Below are positions 12,278-23,765 of a DNA stretch of 64,000 nucleotides, piece by piece (position 1 is the stretch's first letter; every line of letters starts with the position of its first letter). The position numbers and the translations under genes are program-made. The stretch comes from Macrostomum lignano. Its lineage: Eukaryota. The DNA lies in assembly GCA_002269645.1 (NCBI GenBank), contig NIVC01001011.1, positions 62,001 through 126,000 of the forward strand. The letters run 5' to 3'. The notes beneath the pieces were generated by a model. It ran no database searches, was not told where the DNA came from, and saw only the letters and a program-made list of their open reading frames with translations.

Positions 12278-12548
12278 GGGGTTGCACCCTAGTGGCTAAA
12301 GCATCGGACTCACGACTTGAGGATCGATGGTTCGATTCCTGACCCACGGAACATTTTGCATTATTGAGCAATGCTCTTAATTCTGCATTGCTTCAGTTCA
12401 CCCAGCTGTAAAGTGGGTGCCAGCATTAGCTGGGGTAATTGAGCACGCAACCTTCAGATGCGCCGTGCAATAGCAAGGCTGAGCTGTCGGTTGCACATCT
12501 GGCCATTAGGGCAGGTGTGTAATCAATTATTGTTATTACTATTATTGT
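12278..12548 (+). mobile_element. tRNA-derived SINE with a Deu/Nin-like central domain
   Basis: A-box-like TAGTGGCTAAAG (12290-12301) and B-box GGTTCGATTCC (12329-12339). The body TTCAGTTCACCCAGCTGTAAAGTGGGTGCCAGC...GCTGGGGTAA resembles Deu/Nin SINE cores as I recall them. Ends in a (TAT/TGT)n tail. Confidence 0.65.
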
Positions 12549-12889
12549 CACACTGGCACTGAGGTATGCTTGAATTTTAACCCTCAAAACCCCTCCTTCA
12601 TGCTCATTGGCTGCAGGGTTTCGAACTACTCCCGTTTGGAGCAGTCTGGCTATCCAGTTATTATATACCATCCTTGGTTAGTGCGCAAACGAATAGGTAG
12701 AAATACAGGCTGAAAGTTGCGACCCTCCACTGTGCCAGCTACACCATTAGCTTTTGTTCTTCAACTTTTATTGCTTCATCTGTTCATGCTTCCAGAGCTG
12801 CCCAGCTAACACGGTTCCTCATCTGGCGCTTAGCGGACACTAATCAGGGGCTGTATAATTTACACTATTCACAGAGCGCAGTTGGAGCA

Positions 12890-13420
12890 ATGCTGGCTGG
12901 TGGTAACTCTAACGATCAGGCTGTTGGAGCCATCGGTTGCGTCGTTGACGACTGCTACGACGCTCTCGGCTCCGACTCGGTGTCCACACCGTCGGAAGGC
13001 AGCGACAGCGAAATCAGGGAAGATGACGATGGCAAACCGCCGCACCTGCCGGACTATTGCTTGGTGACTCGGCCGGAGTTGCCGCAGCTGCGACTGCTGC
13101 GCAATCAGCCGCCTTTCGGCTACTCCGGGGATCCGCAGGTGTCGCCAAAATTTCAGCGCAACCTCATCGACAACGGCGGAGGCGATAGCAAAGGAGTGGC
13201 CACTTCCGGTCGGAAATGCCGCAAGCCGGCGACTTCCGGCGAGCCGGGTGTCCGGGCCACTTACCAGGCAGCCGACGTGGCCGGGAATCGAGGCCAGGAC
13301 GACATCGACTCGCTGATCAGCTTTATAGAGGTTCCTCCTCAGGCTGCCGGGAAGAAAGCTGCAAAGAAAAAGTTGAAGAATGGAAGCGGCGCTACCAAGA
13401 CCGGTGAAACAAAGACTTGA
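12890..13420 (+). CDS. Middle paralogue (176 aa), an internally deleted version of 14111-15763
   Basis: Acceptor ATTCACAG| just upstream. Shares GCVxDDCYDALGSDSVSTPSEGSDSE, DYCxVTRPELPQLRLLRNQPPFGYSGDP and AGNRGxxDxDxLxSFI with the long copy. Open frame retained across the deletions. Confidence 0.65.
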   Translation: MLAGGNSNDQAVGAIGCVVDDCYDALGSDSVSTPSEGSDSEIREDDDGKPPHLPDYCLVTRPELPQLRLLRNQPPFGYSGDPQVSPKFQRNLIDNGGGDSKGVATSGRKCRKPATSGEPGVRATYQAADVAGNRGQDDIDSLISFIEVPPQAAGKKAAKKKLKNGSGATKTGETKT

Positions 13421-14110
13421 GAAGGAGTCTTTATTCTCAGTTTTATGTGATTTTATTAAGTGATGACGTCATTTTTATCTAACAAGATTTAAACAATTAC
13501 GAGTAGCAACTCGTTAAATTACTACTAAACAGTGTCCACTATAAGTAGTACAAAGCGACGTGTTTAGATAGTTTCTGTAAAACACATTCCGGTTTTGATT
13601 ATTTTATAAATTTACACAATGGAAATTATCATTCATTTGCCAATTTGCTTTCATTTTTTTACTCTACGTTTCTTAGAAACACTTGGATCTGCGTTACGCG
13701 ACGTATGTAATAACAATTAGTGTATTTACCTGCTGCACTACCTAACTGTATTATAAGCCTAATCTGGCATCGTCTGCTTTTTTTTGTCCAACTTTTTTTA
13801 TTTGTTTATTTATTAAGGTAAATATATTTTTCGGTTATATAATCATTTAATTAGCGCCAATGTTTAAAAAAATGTTTTTAGTAAACAACAAGATTCATTA
13901 ATACATCTATTCAGAAATTTGCGGTTTTGTGTTATTCGCTTTTCTTTTTTAATTATTTTTCTCTGATGAATAACTATACAGTTACTAGATCACTTTACAA
14001 TCAAGTTAAGCCGATATGGTATGGGTTAGTATGCAAACAAATAATCTTCACTGTTTGCTTTGCCTGTTCCTGCTCGCAGAGTCGCCCAGCTCCAGAGCGC
14101 ATTTTGAGAG

Positions 14111-15763
14111 ATGCTGACTAATGGTAACTATAGCGACGAGGCATCCGGAGCCATCGGTTGCGTCGGTGACGACTGCTACGACGCTCTTGGCTCCGACTCG
14201 GTGTCCACACCGTCGGAAGGCAGCGACAGCGAAGTCAGCGAAGATGACAACCGCCTTGAAGGCTACTCAGTCGGCGGCCGAGGCCACACGGACTACTATT
14301 CGGATTTCTATCGGACAGCCAAGACTACTGCTAGTAGTAGAGCCGGGAACCGGGCTGCCGCCAGAGCCAACACCAGAGCCTACGACGATCACGTGGAGGT
14401 AGCGACGACTGGCCGCGGTGGCAGCAGCAACGACGATGACGACGGCGAACCGCCCATCTTGCAGGACTATTGCTCGGTGACGCGGCCGGAGCTGCCGCAG
14501 CTGCGTCTGCTGCGCAATCAGCCGCCGTTCGGCTACTCGGGCGATCCGCAGATGTCGCCAAATTTTCAGCGCAATCTTCGCGACCTCATCGACGGCGGCG
14601 TAGATGGCAGCGGCGGCAGCTTCTCGGCTCCGGCGGCGTTGCGCGGTGAAGAGGCGAAAGAGGAGATCAAGGAGGAAGAGAACGGAGCGACCATGCGAAC
14701 CACCATGGACCCGCTGCTGATGCAGCAGCTGCTTCAGAAGCAGCACGAGAAACAGCACAGAGGAGGTGAGCAGGAGCTGAAGAATCTTGAGCAGGAGCAG
14801 CAATGGAGCCAGCAGCAGAAGCAGGGCAAGCAGAAGCCGCTGCAGAAAGGTCGCACTGTCAAGCGCCGAGTCCGAAAGCCCGAGGTTGTTCACGCCGGGG
14901 ATCTCGCTGGGAACCGAGGCGAACTGGACGTTGACACCCTGCTGAGCTTCATCAACGGTTGCACCGCCGGGCCTGAGGCTGGCCAGCAGCTGTGCGGCGG
15001 CGAGCACGGAGCCAAGGCTCAGCCGCAGCCGGCTAAAAAGAAATCTTCATCATCAGCTAAAGACAAGTCAGCATCATCAAAAACTAATTCCGCTGCCCCT
15101 GTTCCGGAGCTTAGTGCTCAAACCTCGTCGGAGAAGGAGAACAACATCAACAACATCAGCAACAACAGCAACAACAAAAACAACAACATCAACAACAACA
15201 GAGAATACAAGGATGATGAGGCTCCGGCATCTGCAGTTGCTGCAGAATCTAAACCACCGCCTGCACCACCCAGCGACCCGGAGCCGGTCGCAATATTCAC
15301 CGATTTCGATTCGCTGTCCTCCTGCGACAGAGAAATTCTAGCCAACGGCATGATGGATTCAACAGGCCCGCCTGAGCCAGACTTTGAAGTTGTGCTGTCT
15401 AAGAAGGATCGCCGGCAGATGCGAATGAAGCCGGAGCAGCAGCAGCAGCAGAGGCCGCCTAGGAAGGCTCCAATGCATCCAAACCGCAATCGCCATCCCC
15501 ACCCTCGCCAGGCCCTCTCGCACGTTGTCAATGGCAACGCTCTGGTTAACGGCAGCGCAGGCGGTTCCCTGGCTCAGTCACCTCGGTCAGCATCTCCCGC
15601 TGCTAGTGTTCAACAGAAGCAGCAGATACTGATAAACAATCCAGATCAGTATGCCGCCTTGCTGCATCAGAAAGCTCAGGAGAACGCCTTGCTTAGGCGG
15701 GATCTGGACTCTTGCAGCTCAAACTATTCTTGTTTGGTGTCGTTTCTGTATTCGCTTTGCTAA
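14111..15763 (+). CDS. Long, mostly low-complexity protein (550 aa ORF; may splice further 3'), uncharacterised
   Basis: GC-rich ORF with an in-frame stop before the ATG and an acceptor CTCGCAG| near 14079. It has Q/N/E-rich tracts and the conserved motif GDLAGNRGELDVDTLLSFING, loosely reminiscent of FAM193-type D-x-D-x-L-L-x-F-I-N motifs (unverified). Confidence 0.75.
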   Translation: MLTNGNYSDEASGAIGCVGDDCYDALGSDSVSTPSEGSDSEVSEDDNRLEGYSVGGRGHTDYYSDFYRTAKTTASSRAGNRAAARANTRAYDDHVEVATTGRGGSSNDDDDGEPPILQDYCSVTRPELPQLRLLRNQPPFGYSGDPQMSPNFQRNLRDLIDGGVDGSGGSFSAPAALRGEEAKEEIKEEENGATMRTTMDPLLMQQLLQKQHEKQHRGGEQELKNLEQEQQWSQQQKQGKQKPLQKGRTVKRRVRKPEVVHAGDLAGNRGELDVDTLLSFINGCTAGPEAGQQLCGGEHGAKAQPQPAKKKSSSSAKDKSASSKTNSAAPVPELSAQTSSEKENNINNISNNSNNKNNNINNNREYKDDEAPASAVAAESKPPPAPPSDPEPVAIFTDFDSLSSCDREILANGMMDSTGPPEPDFEVVLSKKDRRQMRMKPEQQQQQRPPRKAPMHPNRNRHPHPRQALSHVVNGNALVNGSAGGSLAQSPRSASPAASVQQKQQILINNPDQYAALLHQKAQENALLRRDLDSCSSNYSCLVSFLYSLC

Positions 15764-15943
15764 ACTTATTTGTGCGGCTGTGCGCGTCTCATTGCTTCTC
15801 TTTCCTGTGCGGCCACTTGTGTGCGTGTCTGTTTTTTTTCCCAAGCTGCACGCTACTATGTTTGTGTCAATAGAATTCAGCATTGTTACGCTGGGTTATG
15901 ATTGAAGCTTTCTTGGGTTTACATTTAAATTGTTAGATGCATC

Positions 15944-17535
15944 AGGTGAGAGTTTACAGATGTCTCAGGTGAGAGTTTATAGATGTCTCAGGTGAGAGTT
16001 TACAAATGTCTCTCAGGTGAGAGTTTGCAGATGTCTCAGGTGAGAGTTTGCAGATGTCTCAGGTGAGAGTTTACAGATGTCTCACGTGAGAGTTTGCAGA
16101 TGTCTCAGGTGAGAGTTTGCAGATGTCTCAGGTGAGAGTTTACAGATGTCTCAGGTAAGAGTTTGCAGATGTCTCAGGTGAGAGTTTACAAATGTCTCAG
16201 GTGAGAGTTTACAGATGTCTCAGGTGAGAGTTTGCAGATGTCTCAGGTGAGAGTTTACAGATGTCTCACGTGAGAGTTTGCAGATGTCTCAGGTGAGAGT
16301 TTGCAGATGTCTCAGGTGAGAGTTTGCAGATGTCTCAGGTAAGAGTTTACAGATGTCTCAGGTGAGAGTTTACAAATGTCTCAGGTGAGAGTTTACAGAT
16401 GTCTCAGGTGAGAGTTTGCAGATGTCTCAGGTGAGAGTTTACAGATGTCTCAGGTGAGAGTTTACAGATGTCTCATGTGAGAGTTTGCAGATGTCTCAGG
16501 TGAGAGTTTACAAATGTCTCTCAGGTGAGAGTTTGCAGATGTCTCTCAGGTGAGAGTTTGCAGATGTCTCAGGTGAGAGTTTGCAGATGTCTCAGGTGAG
16601 AGTTTACAAATGTCTCTCAGGTGAGAGTTTGCAGATGTCTCTCAGGTGAGAGTTTACAGATGTCTCAGGTGAGAGTTTACAAATGTCTCTCAGGTGAGAG
16701 TTTGCAGATGTCTCTCAGGTGAGAGTTTACAGATTTCTCAGGTGAGAGTTTACAAATGTCTCTCAGGTGAGAGTTTGCAGATGTCTCAGGTGAGAGTTTG
16801 CAGATGTCTCAGGTGAGAGTTTACAGATGTCTCAGGTGAGAGTTTACAGATGTCTCAGGTGAGAGTTTACAGATGTCTCAGGTGAGAGTTTACAGATGTC
16901 TCAGGTGAGAGTTTACAGATGTCTCAGGTGAGAGTTTACAGATCTCAGGTGAGAGTTTACAGATGTCTCAGGTGAGAGTTTACAGATGTCTCAGGTGAGA
17001 GTTTACAGATGTCTCAGGTGAGAGTTTACAGATGTCTCAGGTGAGAGTTTACAGATGTCTCAGGTGAGAGTTTACAGATGTCTCAGGTGAGAGTTTACAG
17101 ATGTCTCAGGTGAGAGTTTACAGATCTCAGGTGAGAGTTTACAGATGTCTCAGGTGAGAGTTTACAGATGTCTCAGGTGAGAGTTTACAGATGTCTCAGG
17201 TGAGAGTTTACAGATGTCTCAGGTGAGAGTTTGCAGATGTCTCAGGTGAGAGTTTACAGATGTCTCATGTGAGAGTTTACAGATGTCTCAGGTGAGAGTT
17301 TGCAGATGTCTCATGTGAGAGTTTACAGATGTCTCAGGTGAGAGTTTACAGATGTCTCAGGTGAGAGTTTACAGATGTCTCAGGTGAGAGTTTACAGATC
17401 TCAGGTGAGAGTTTACAGATGTCTCAGGTGAGAGTTTACAGATGTCTCAGGTGAGAGTTTACAGATGTCTCAGGTGAGAGTTTACAGATGTCTCAGGTGA
17501 GAGTTTGCAGGCATCTCAGGTGAGAGTTTGCAGGT
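15944..17535 (+). repeat. 23-bp minisatellite (~69 copies by length) containing acceptor, ATG and donor motifs
   Basis: Unit TTT(A/G)CAG ATGTCTCAG GTGAGAG. Confidence 0.95.
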
Positions 17536-18579
17536 GTCTCGGGTGTTTCAGGAGTCTTAATTGGAACTGTATTCATTGGTCCTTATCAGATTAGACTACA
17601 ATTACTTGTTTTGTATAACAAAAATGGTTTGCTCAGCTGCTAAAAACTTCAACCTGCCTTATGTGTCCTGAAATGTTTTGATTTTGCATAATTCTTTTAT
17701 ATATTTTGTTATACTTTAAGTGGACAAATTTGAAAACTCCACAGACGGACTGGTTAAGAGTCCTGTCTAATCAGAACAAACAGTTATTTTCCATCAATTA
17801 AAGCTAATTGAAAATTTTCACTTTTTCCTAACTGTCAATATTTTGTACAGGTTTATTTAATATCCCTGTTCATTCAATACTTTTTATATATAGCTTATAT
17901 TGTGCTAAATTTGATTGTACAATGAATTTGTTTTAATTCCGATGATTCCTTTGATTGATTTTCAGCACCCTGGCCGAACTGTTTCAAACTCTGCGGTGCT
18001 GTTTCAGAATTCAAACTTGTAACTTTGGCTTCAATTATCTGTCTGTATTCGTTAAACGCTTTAAATCTATTTTATTTTAATTTGATTTAATTTTCACTTT
18101 ATTTCTGTTTATGCTCGCATCGTGCTACTGCTGCAAGTAGCAACAGTAGTATGACATGGTAGTTAAATACACACTCTAGAATGCATGCGATCCGCTTGTT
18201 CAGTTAATCCAGCTAAAAAATATTTTCTGTTATATCATCTGTTTTTCTTTAGAGTTATTATAATTATTATTATTATTATATCTTCCCTTATATTTTTCTA
18301 ATCTCCAGCATCTCATCTCGTTTCGATGTATTTTTCCCTGTTTTTCCCCTTATTCACCTGACTGTTTATTTCTGTTAATTTATTTTTCACTGTATCCAAT
18401 ATTTTTTTCACACGGCTTATTCGCACCGCATGTGATACAGGTCAGCCTGTTGTTTGAATTGCTTCTTGATTCATCCGTTCTGGTGTCTTTTTTATTGTGC
18501 CTGCTTGTTGCTCAGTCTTTGTTATGTAAATCATATCAGTTTGTATGTCAGGCTTTTTATAAAGTTTTCTACACTGGCA

Positions 18580-19135
18580 TCCCCCCATCCTCCTCGTCTC
18601 ACCCTCCCCACCCTCCTACCCTCACCCTCCTCCCTCACCCTCCTACCACACCCTCTTCCCCCCACCTCATCTCACCCTTCTACCATCACTCTCCTCCCCT
18701 CACTCTCCTCCCCTCACCCTCCTCTAACCCTGCTCCCTCATTCTCCTCTCACCCTCTCCTCACCCTCCTCCCTCACCCTCCCTCACCCTCCCTCACCCTC
18801 CTACCACACCCTCTTCCCCCCCACCCTCCTCATCTCACCCTCATACCATCATCTCCTCCCCTCACCCTCCTCTAACCCGGCTCCCTCATTCTCCTCTCAC
18901 CCTCTCCTCACCCTCCTCTAACCCGGCTCCCTCATTCTCCTCTCACCCTCTCCTCACCCTCCTCCCCTCACCCTCTAACCCTGCTCCCTCATTCTCCTCT
19001 CACCCTCTCCTCACCCTCCTCCCCTCACCCTCTAACCCTGCTCCCTCATTCTCCTCACCCTCTTCCCCCCACCCTCCTCCCCTCAAACTCCTTCCTACCC
19101 TCTCACCTTAACCTCACCTTTTTCTCTCTCCCCAC
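18580..19135 (+). repeat. C/T-rich degenerate minisatellite
   Basis: CTCACCCTCCTCCCCTCACC and CTCTAACCC(T/G)GCTCCCTCATTCTC variants. Confidence 0.85.
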
Positions 19136-19799
19136 CCCTTCTCTCATTCAGCCTATCCTATTCTCACCCAAGTTTATCCCTTATGTAATTCCTCATTTCT
19201 GATTGTATTCACCTCTCTTTGCCCAGCTATCCTGTCGATTTGCTAGGAGAATTTTTCCAAAGCTGTCCTCCGTTTGCTTTGCTATCTGATTGTCCTGTTA
19301 AATAAGGCACAATACTACTATCATGCCCAATATACTTATTAAAGTTTCGCAGCTATTTGTTATTTAAAGCCTACAAAAATATGCGGTGTGTTTCTTGTGT
19401 GTATTCCCGATGCTTTGTTTTTTGTTTTGCTTTAATTTAATAAGTCTTTTTAGGCCTGGTGCACCTTCGGATTCAACTCGATATGTTATGCCAAAAAAAT
19501 AAATTTATAATTCACGCTTACAAGCTGTATAATTCTGTTTTTTTAATTGTTTTTTTAAATACGCAGTACATGTAAATGCTAGTATTTTATGTTTATGTGT
19601 TTATTGATTAACTATATCATTCAAATCGCTTGACTATAGGCTTTTTGTAATTTTTCTACGATTTAGTTCTAGGATATTTTCTCACAAAAAAACGTTCTGT
19701 TTTTTAGTTTCCTTAACTATTGTTTTAATTTCCTTGCTTTAAACATTGTTAAAATATTGATGACAGTAGAATGGAGTGCTAAGCTAATGTCTCTGTTGT

Positions 19800-20232
19800 T
19801 TTTTTAGTCTATGGCAGAGCCCCTACAAGCCATAGCGGTGTGCAAGGCTGCTATTGTTTAGTCTATGGCAGAGCCCCTACAAGCCATAGCGGTGTGCAAG
19901 GCTGCTATTGTTTAGTCTATGGCAGAGCCCCCATAGCGGTGTGCAAGGCTGCTATTGTTTAGTCTATGGCAGAGCCCCTACAAGCCATAGCGGTGTGCAA
20001 GGCTGCTATTGTTTAGTCTATGGCAGAGCCCCCATAGCGGTGTGCAAGGCTGCTATTGTTTAGTCTATGGCAGAGCCCCTACAAGCCATAGCGGTGTGCA
20101 AGGCTGCTATTGTTTAGTCTATGGCAGAGCCCCCATAGCGGTGTGCAAGGCTGCTATTGTTTAGTCTATGGCAGAGCCCCCATAGCGGTGTGCAAGGCTG
20201 CTGTTGTTTAGTCTATGGCAGAGCCCCCATAG
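19800..20232 (+). repeat. 54/47-bp minisatellite
   Basis: Unit TTGTTTAG TCTATGGCAGAGCCCCTACAAGCCATAGCG GTGTGCAAGGCTGCTA. Unit starts at 19808, 19862, 19916 and 19963 give spacings of 54, 54 and 47. Confidence 0.95.
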
Positions 20233-20749
20233 CCCATATAGCAAGCTAAGCAAAATGCTAGAAAAAAATTAGCACTCTATATCACAGGCATAAAGAAATT
20301 TGGTTTCAAGTCGACAATACAATAAGCTACTGATATGTCTGAGTAATTAATAACACAAGTAATGCAATATGCTGTTTTTAAACTCGGTAACTAAAGCGCT
20401 AATTGCTGTGCGTTGCGCTTTTGCTCTACTTTGAGTACTACTTTGCTTTCTTTTTATGATTTTTTCGATTCTGACCTTCCCAGTCCGTTTGCTTAATAGA
20501 AGTTGTTCTTAATACTTTTGGCCCTAGCCTTTCCCAAAGTAGATTTGTCAAATGTGCTCGAAATGTCATCCAGCAAAATTGCCAAGTTTTCTGTGTATCT
20601 GGTACTTAAACTAATAATAATGTAATCTTGTTTTTCTATTAAGGGAACTTGGTCTCCCGATTTTATAATAATCAATTCGATTATTGACACGTTAGGCGTC
20701 CGAGTTTTCTTAATTCTTTATTGATGTTATTACCTTTAAGTGAGCGACG

Positions 20750-21380
20750 GTGCTTCCCAAGCCGAGTGAACCCTGGATAGCGGGGGAGTGGGGGTTGGTG
20801 GTGCTTCTCTAGCCGAGTGAACCTTGGATAGCGAGGGAGTGAGGGTTGGTGGTGCTTCTCTAGCCGAGTGAACCTTGGATAGCGAGGGAGTGGGGGTTGG
20901 GGGGTTGGTGGTGCTTCTCTAGCCGAGTGAACCTTGGATAGCGAGGGAGTGAGGGTTGGTGGTGCTTCTCTAGCCGAGTGAACCCTGGATAGCGGGGGAG
21001 TGGGGGCTGGTGGTGCTTCTCTAGCCGATTGAACCCTGGATAGCGAGGGAGTGGGGGTTGGTGGTGCTTCTCTAGCCGAGTGAACCCTGGATAGCGGGGG
21101 AGTGGGGGCTGGTGGTGCTTCTCTAGCCGATTGAACCCTGGATAGCGAGGGAGTGGGGGTTGGTGGTGCTTCTCTAGCCGAGTGAACCCTGGATAGCGAG
21201 GGAGTGGGGCTTGACGGTGCTGTCCACTTGGGGGTTGGTGGTGCTTCTCTAGCCGATCGAACCCTGGATAGCGAGGAAGTGGGGGTTGGTGGTGCTTCTC
21301 TAGCCGAGTGAACCCTGGATAGCGAGGGAGTGGGGGTTGGTAGTGCTTCTCTAGCCGATGAAACCCTGGATAGTGGGGGT
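20750..21380 (+). repeat. 51-bp minisatellite
   Basis: About 12 copies of GGTGCTTCTCTAGCCGAGTGAACCCTGGATAGCGAGGGAGTGGGGGTTGGT. Confidence 0.95.
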
Positions 21381-21491
21381 TAAAAGTAAATGCGGTATAA
21401 TTAAATTTTAAAGCCGAGCGCTTATCTCTAGTACATAATAAACTCATGCAATTAACAACAGTTGACTGCAAACAAACAAATATTGATAGAA

Positions 21492-21749
21492 ATGTCATCA
21501 TCCGACAAGAGCCAGCCTGCCAGCTGGGCTGACCTTTCGGCTTACATATCCAACTGCAGACGCCTGGAATCAATGCCAGCCAGTTTGCAAGCCTCCATAG
21601 ACGAGTTGAAGTCAATCGATGCCCGTCTTGGGAAGGCAGCGGCTGTGTTCGACGAGGGCCGGCAGCTGAGCCTGGATGCAGCGGCAACTTATTACAGTAG
21701 CGCCGCAACAGTTAAACAAGGCCCCGGTTCTGAGGCACACAAAAACTGA
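21492..21749 (+). CDS. Small helical orphan protein (85 aa) or terminal exon
   Basis: GC-rich ORF MSSSDKSQPASWADLSAYISNCRRLESMPASLQASIDELKSIDARLGKAAAVFDEG in AT-rich flanks. Acceptor ATTGATAG| lies 2 nt before the ATG, with two AATAAA immediately after the stop. Confidence 0.55.
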   Translation: MSSSDKSQPASWADLSAYISNCRRLESMPASLQASIDELKSIDARLGKAAAVFDEGRQLSLDAAATYYSSAATVKQGPGSEAHKN

Positions 21750-22574
21750 ACAATAAAGTAATTATAAAAATAAATGCCTCTAACTAAACGCTGAAATACA
21801 TTTTCACGGTTATGAATTTTTTCATCGAAAATTCTTTTTCGCACTACTTACAGTAGAGCGAACGGAGTAAGCATTTTGGTAGAATCGTGTATTTAAATTC
21901 CATATATATTTCATTCATTCGTTTCATTCATTTGTCAATAATTCGTGTAGGGGCGTTTGATCCTGCAGTTAATCAGCTGGATACCCACCAAGGGTAGGAG
22001 TTGGCAATTTCTCGGATCTGTACACGAAACGCGTGTTATTGTGCTTTTGTCTTTTGTCTTGGCTCTTGTCTGTGTGAGTTTGCAATCTAATAGGATTTTA
22101 TAGATTCTTTATTGCCTGTAGTAATCTTCTCTAGCTAATGCCTTGCAGAAATGCTACATACGGTAAGGCGTCAATGCTTTGCGGAAGCGAACCAGGAACC
22201 TCTCTACTCTGCTTAGTGTGTGAGCATAGCTCAGATTCACAGCTGTGTGAATCCGGAAATTGTGTCGTACGCTACTGTGGGACGGCCCGACAGTCTTTTC
22301 ACAAACTATTTAAACAATAATATTTACCCGAGGCACGGTGAACAGTTTGTTTATATGATTTATATTTGAATTAACCCGACTGTAATATAATGTACAATAA
22401 TGCAAACATGTACAATCTACATGCAGTGTACAACTCTAAATGTATAGTTCTGAGCCTGTCCCATCCAAGGACCTCTAGGAACACTTCGTTATATCTAGTC
22501 TAGCAGTCCTTGGTCCTATCATTGTAAAAAACTCAATCTTCTGTCATTGTAGCGGTCCCTTCAGTTCAATATTG

Positions 22575-23765
22575 CCTCTCAGTGCCTCTTCAGGGGCGCC
22601 TCAGTGCCCTTCAGTGTCCCCTCAGTGCCCCTTCAGTGTCGTCTCAGTGCCCCTCAGTGTCACTCAATACCCCTTCAGTAGCTTCAGTGCCCTTCAGTGT
22701 CTTCTCAGTGCCCCTTCAGTGTCGCCTCAGTGTCAGTCAATACCCCTTCAGTAGCTTCAGTGCCCTTACTGTCACGTCACCTCAGTGCCCCTTCAGTGTC
22801 GCCTCAGTGCACTTTAGTGTCACCTCAGTGCCCTTAGGTGTCCCCTCAGTGCCCCTTCAGTGTCGCCTCAGTGCCCCTCAGTGTCACTCAATACCCCTTC
22901 AGTAGCTTCAGTGCCCTTACTGTCACGTCACCTCAGTGCCCCTTCAGTGTCGCCTCAGTGCCCTTCAGTGTCCCCTCAGTGCCCCTTCAGTGTCGCCTCG
23001 TGCACTTTAGTGTCACCTCAGTGCCCTTAGGTGTCCCCTCAGTGCCCCTTCAGTGTCACCTCAGTGCCCTTAGGTGTCCCCTCAGTGCCCCTTCAGTGTC
23101 GCCTCAGTGCCCTTAGGTGTCCCCTCAGTGCCCCTTCAGTGTCGCCTCGTGCACTTTAGTGTCACCTCAGTGCCCTTAGGTGTCCCCTCAGTGCCCCTTC
23201 AGTGTCACCTCAGTGCCCTTAGGTGTCCCCTCAGTGCCCCTTCAGTGTCGCCTCAGTGCCCCTCAGTGTCAGTCAATACCCCTTCAGTAGCTTCAGTGCC
23301 CTTTAGTGTCCCGTCACCTCAGTGCCCCTTCAGTGTCGCCTCAGTGCCCCTTCAGTGTCGCCTCAGTGCCCCTCAGTGTCAGTCAATACCCCTTCAGTAG
23401 CTTCAGTGCCCTTTAGTGTCCCGTCACCTCAGTGCCCCTTCAGTGTCGCCTCAGTGCCCCTTCAGTGTCGCCTCAGTGCCCCTCAGTGTCAGTCAATACC
23501 CCTTCAGTAGCTTCAGTGCCCTTTAGTGTCACGTCACCTCAGTGCCCTTTCAGTGTCGCCTCAGTGCACTTAAGTGTCACCTCCGTGCCCTTCAGTGTCC
23601 CCTCAGTGCCCCTTCAGTGTCGCCTCAGTGCCCCTCAGTGTCAGTCAATACCCCTTCAGTAGCTTCAGTGCCCTTTAGTGTCACGTCACCTCAGTGCCCT
23701 TTCAGTGTCGCCTCAGTGCACTTTAGTGTCACCTCCGTGCCCTTCAGTGTCACTTCAGTGCCCCT
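22575..23765 (+). repeat. 10-12-bp-based compound minisatellite
   Basis: Tandem CAGTGCCCCTT, CAGTGTCGCCT and CAGTGTCACCT modules with higher-order blocks. Confidence 0.9.

Noticed and set aside
12278-12345. Possible tRNA gene
   Set aside because: A and B boxes are present but there is no convincing acceptor stem or cloverleaf, and it continues into a SINE-like body and tail.
12590-12690. Second, minus-strand Pol III-like head and a weak inverted match to 12240-12274
   Set aside because: Only a B-box-like AGTTCGAAACC and a ~35-bp imperfect match; too weak to call.
14267-15537. Minus-strand ORFs of 246 and 139 aa
   Set aside because: Antisense shadows of the GC-rich 550-aa ORF.
17960-18330. 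Isolated candidate microexons (after TTTTCAG near 17965 and CTCCAG near 18310)
   Set aside because: Acceptors are plausible, but donors are weak and the frame cannot be established without transcripts.
19800-21380. Regular 47-54-bp repeats as a possible CRISPR array
   Set aside because: Units are contiguous tandem copies with no unique spacers, there are no cas genes, and the context is eukaryotic.
20860-21708. 282-aa minus-strand ORF with 17-aa repeats
   Set aside because: Open only because the 51-bp unit is a multiple of 3. Its unique part is antisense to the better-supported ORF at 21492-21749.
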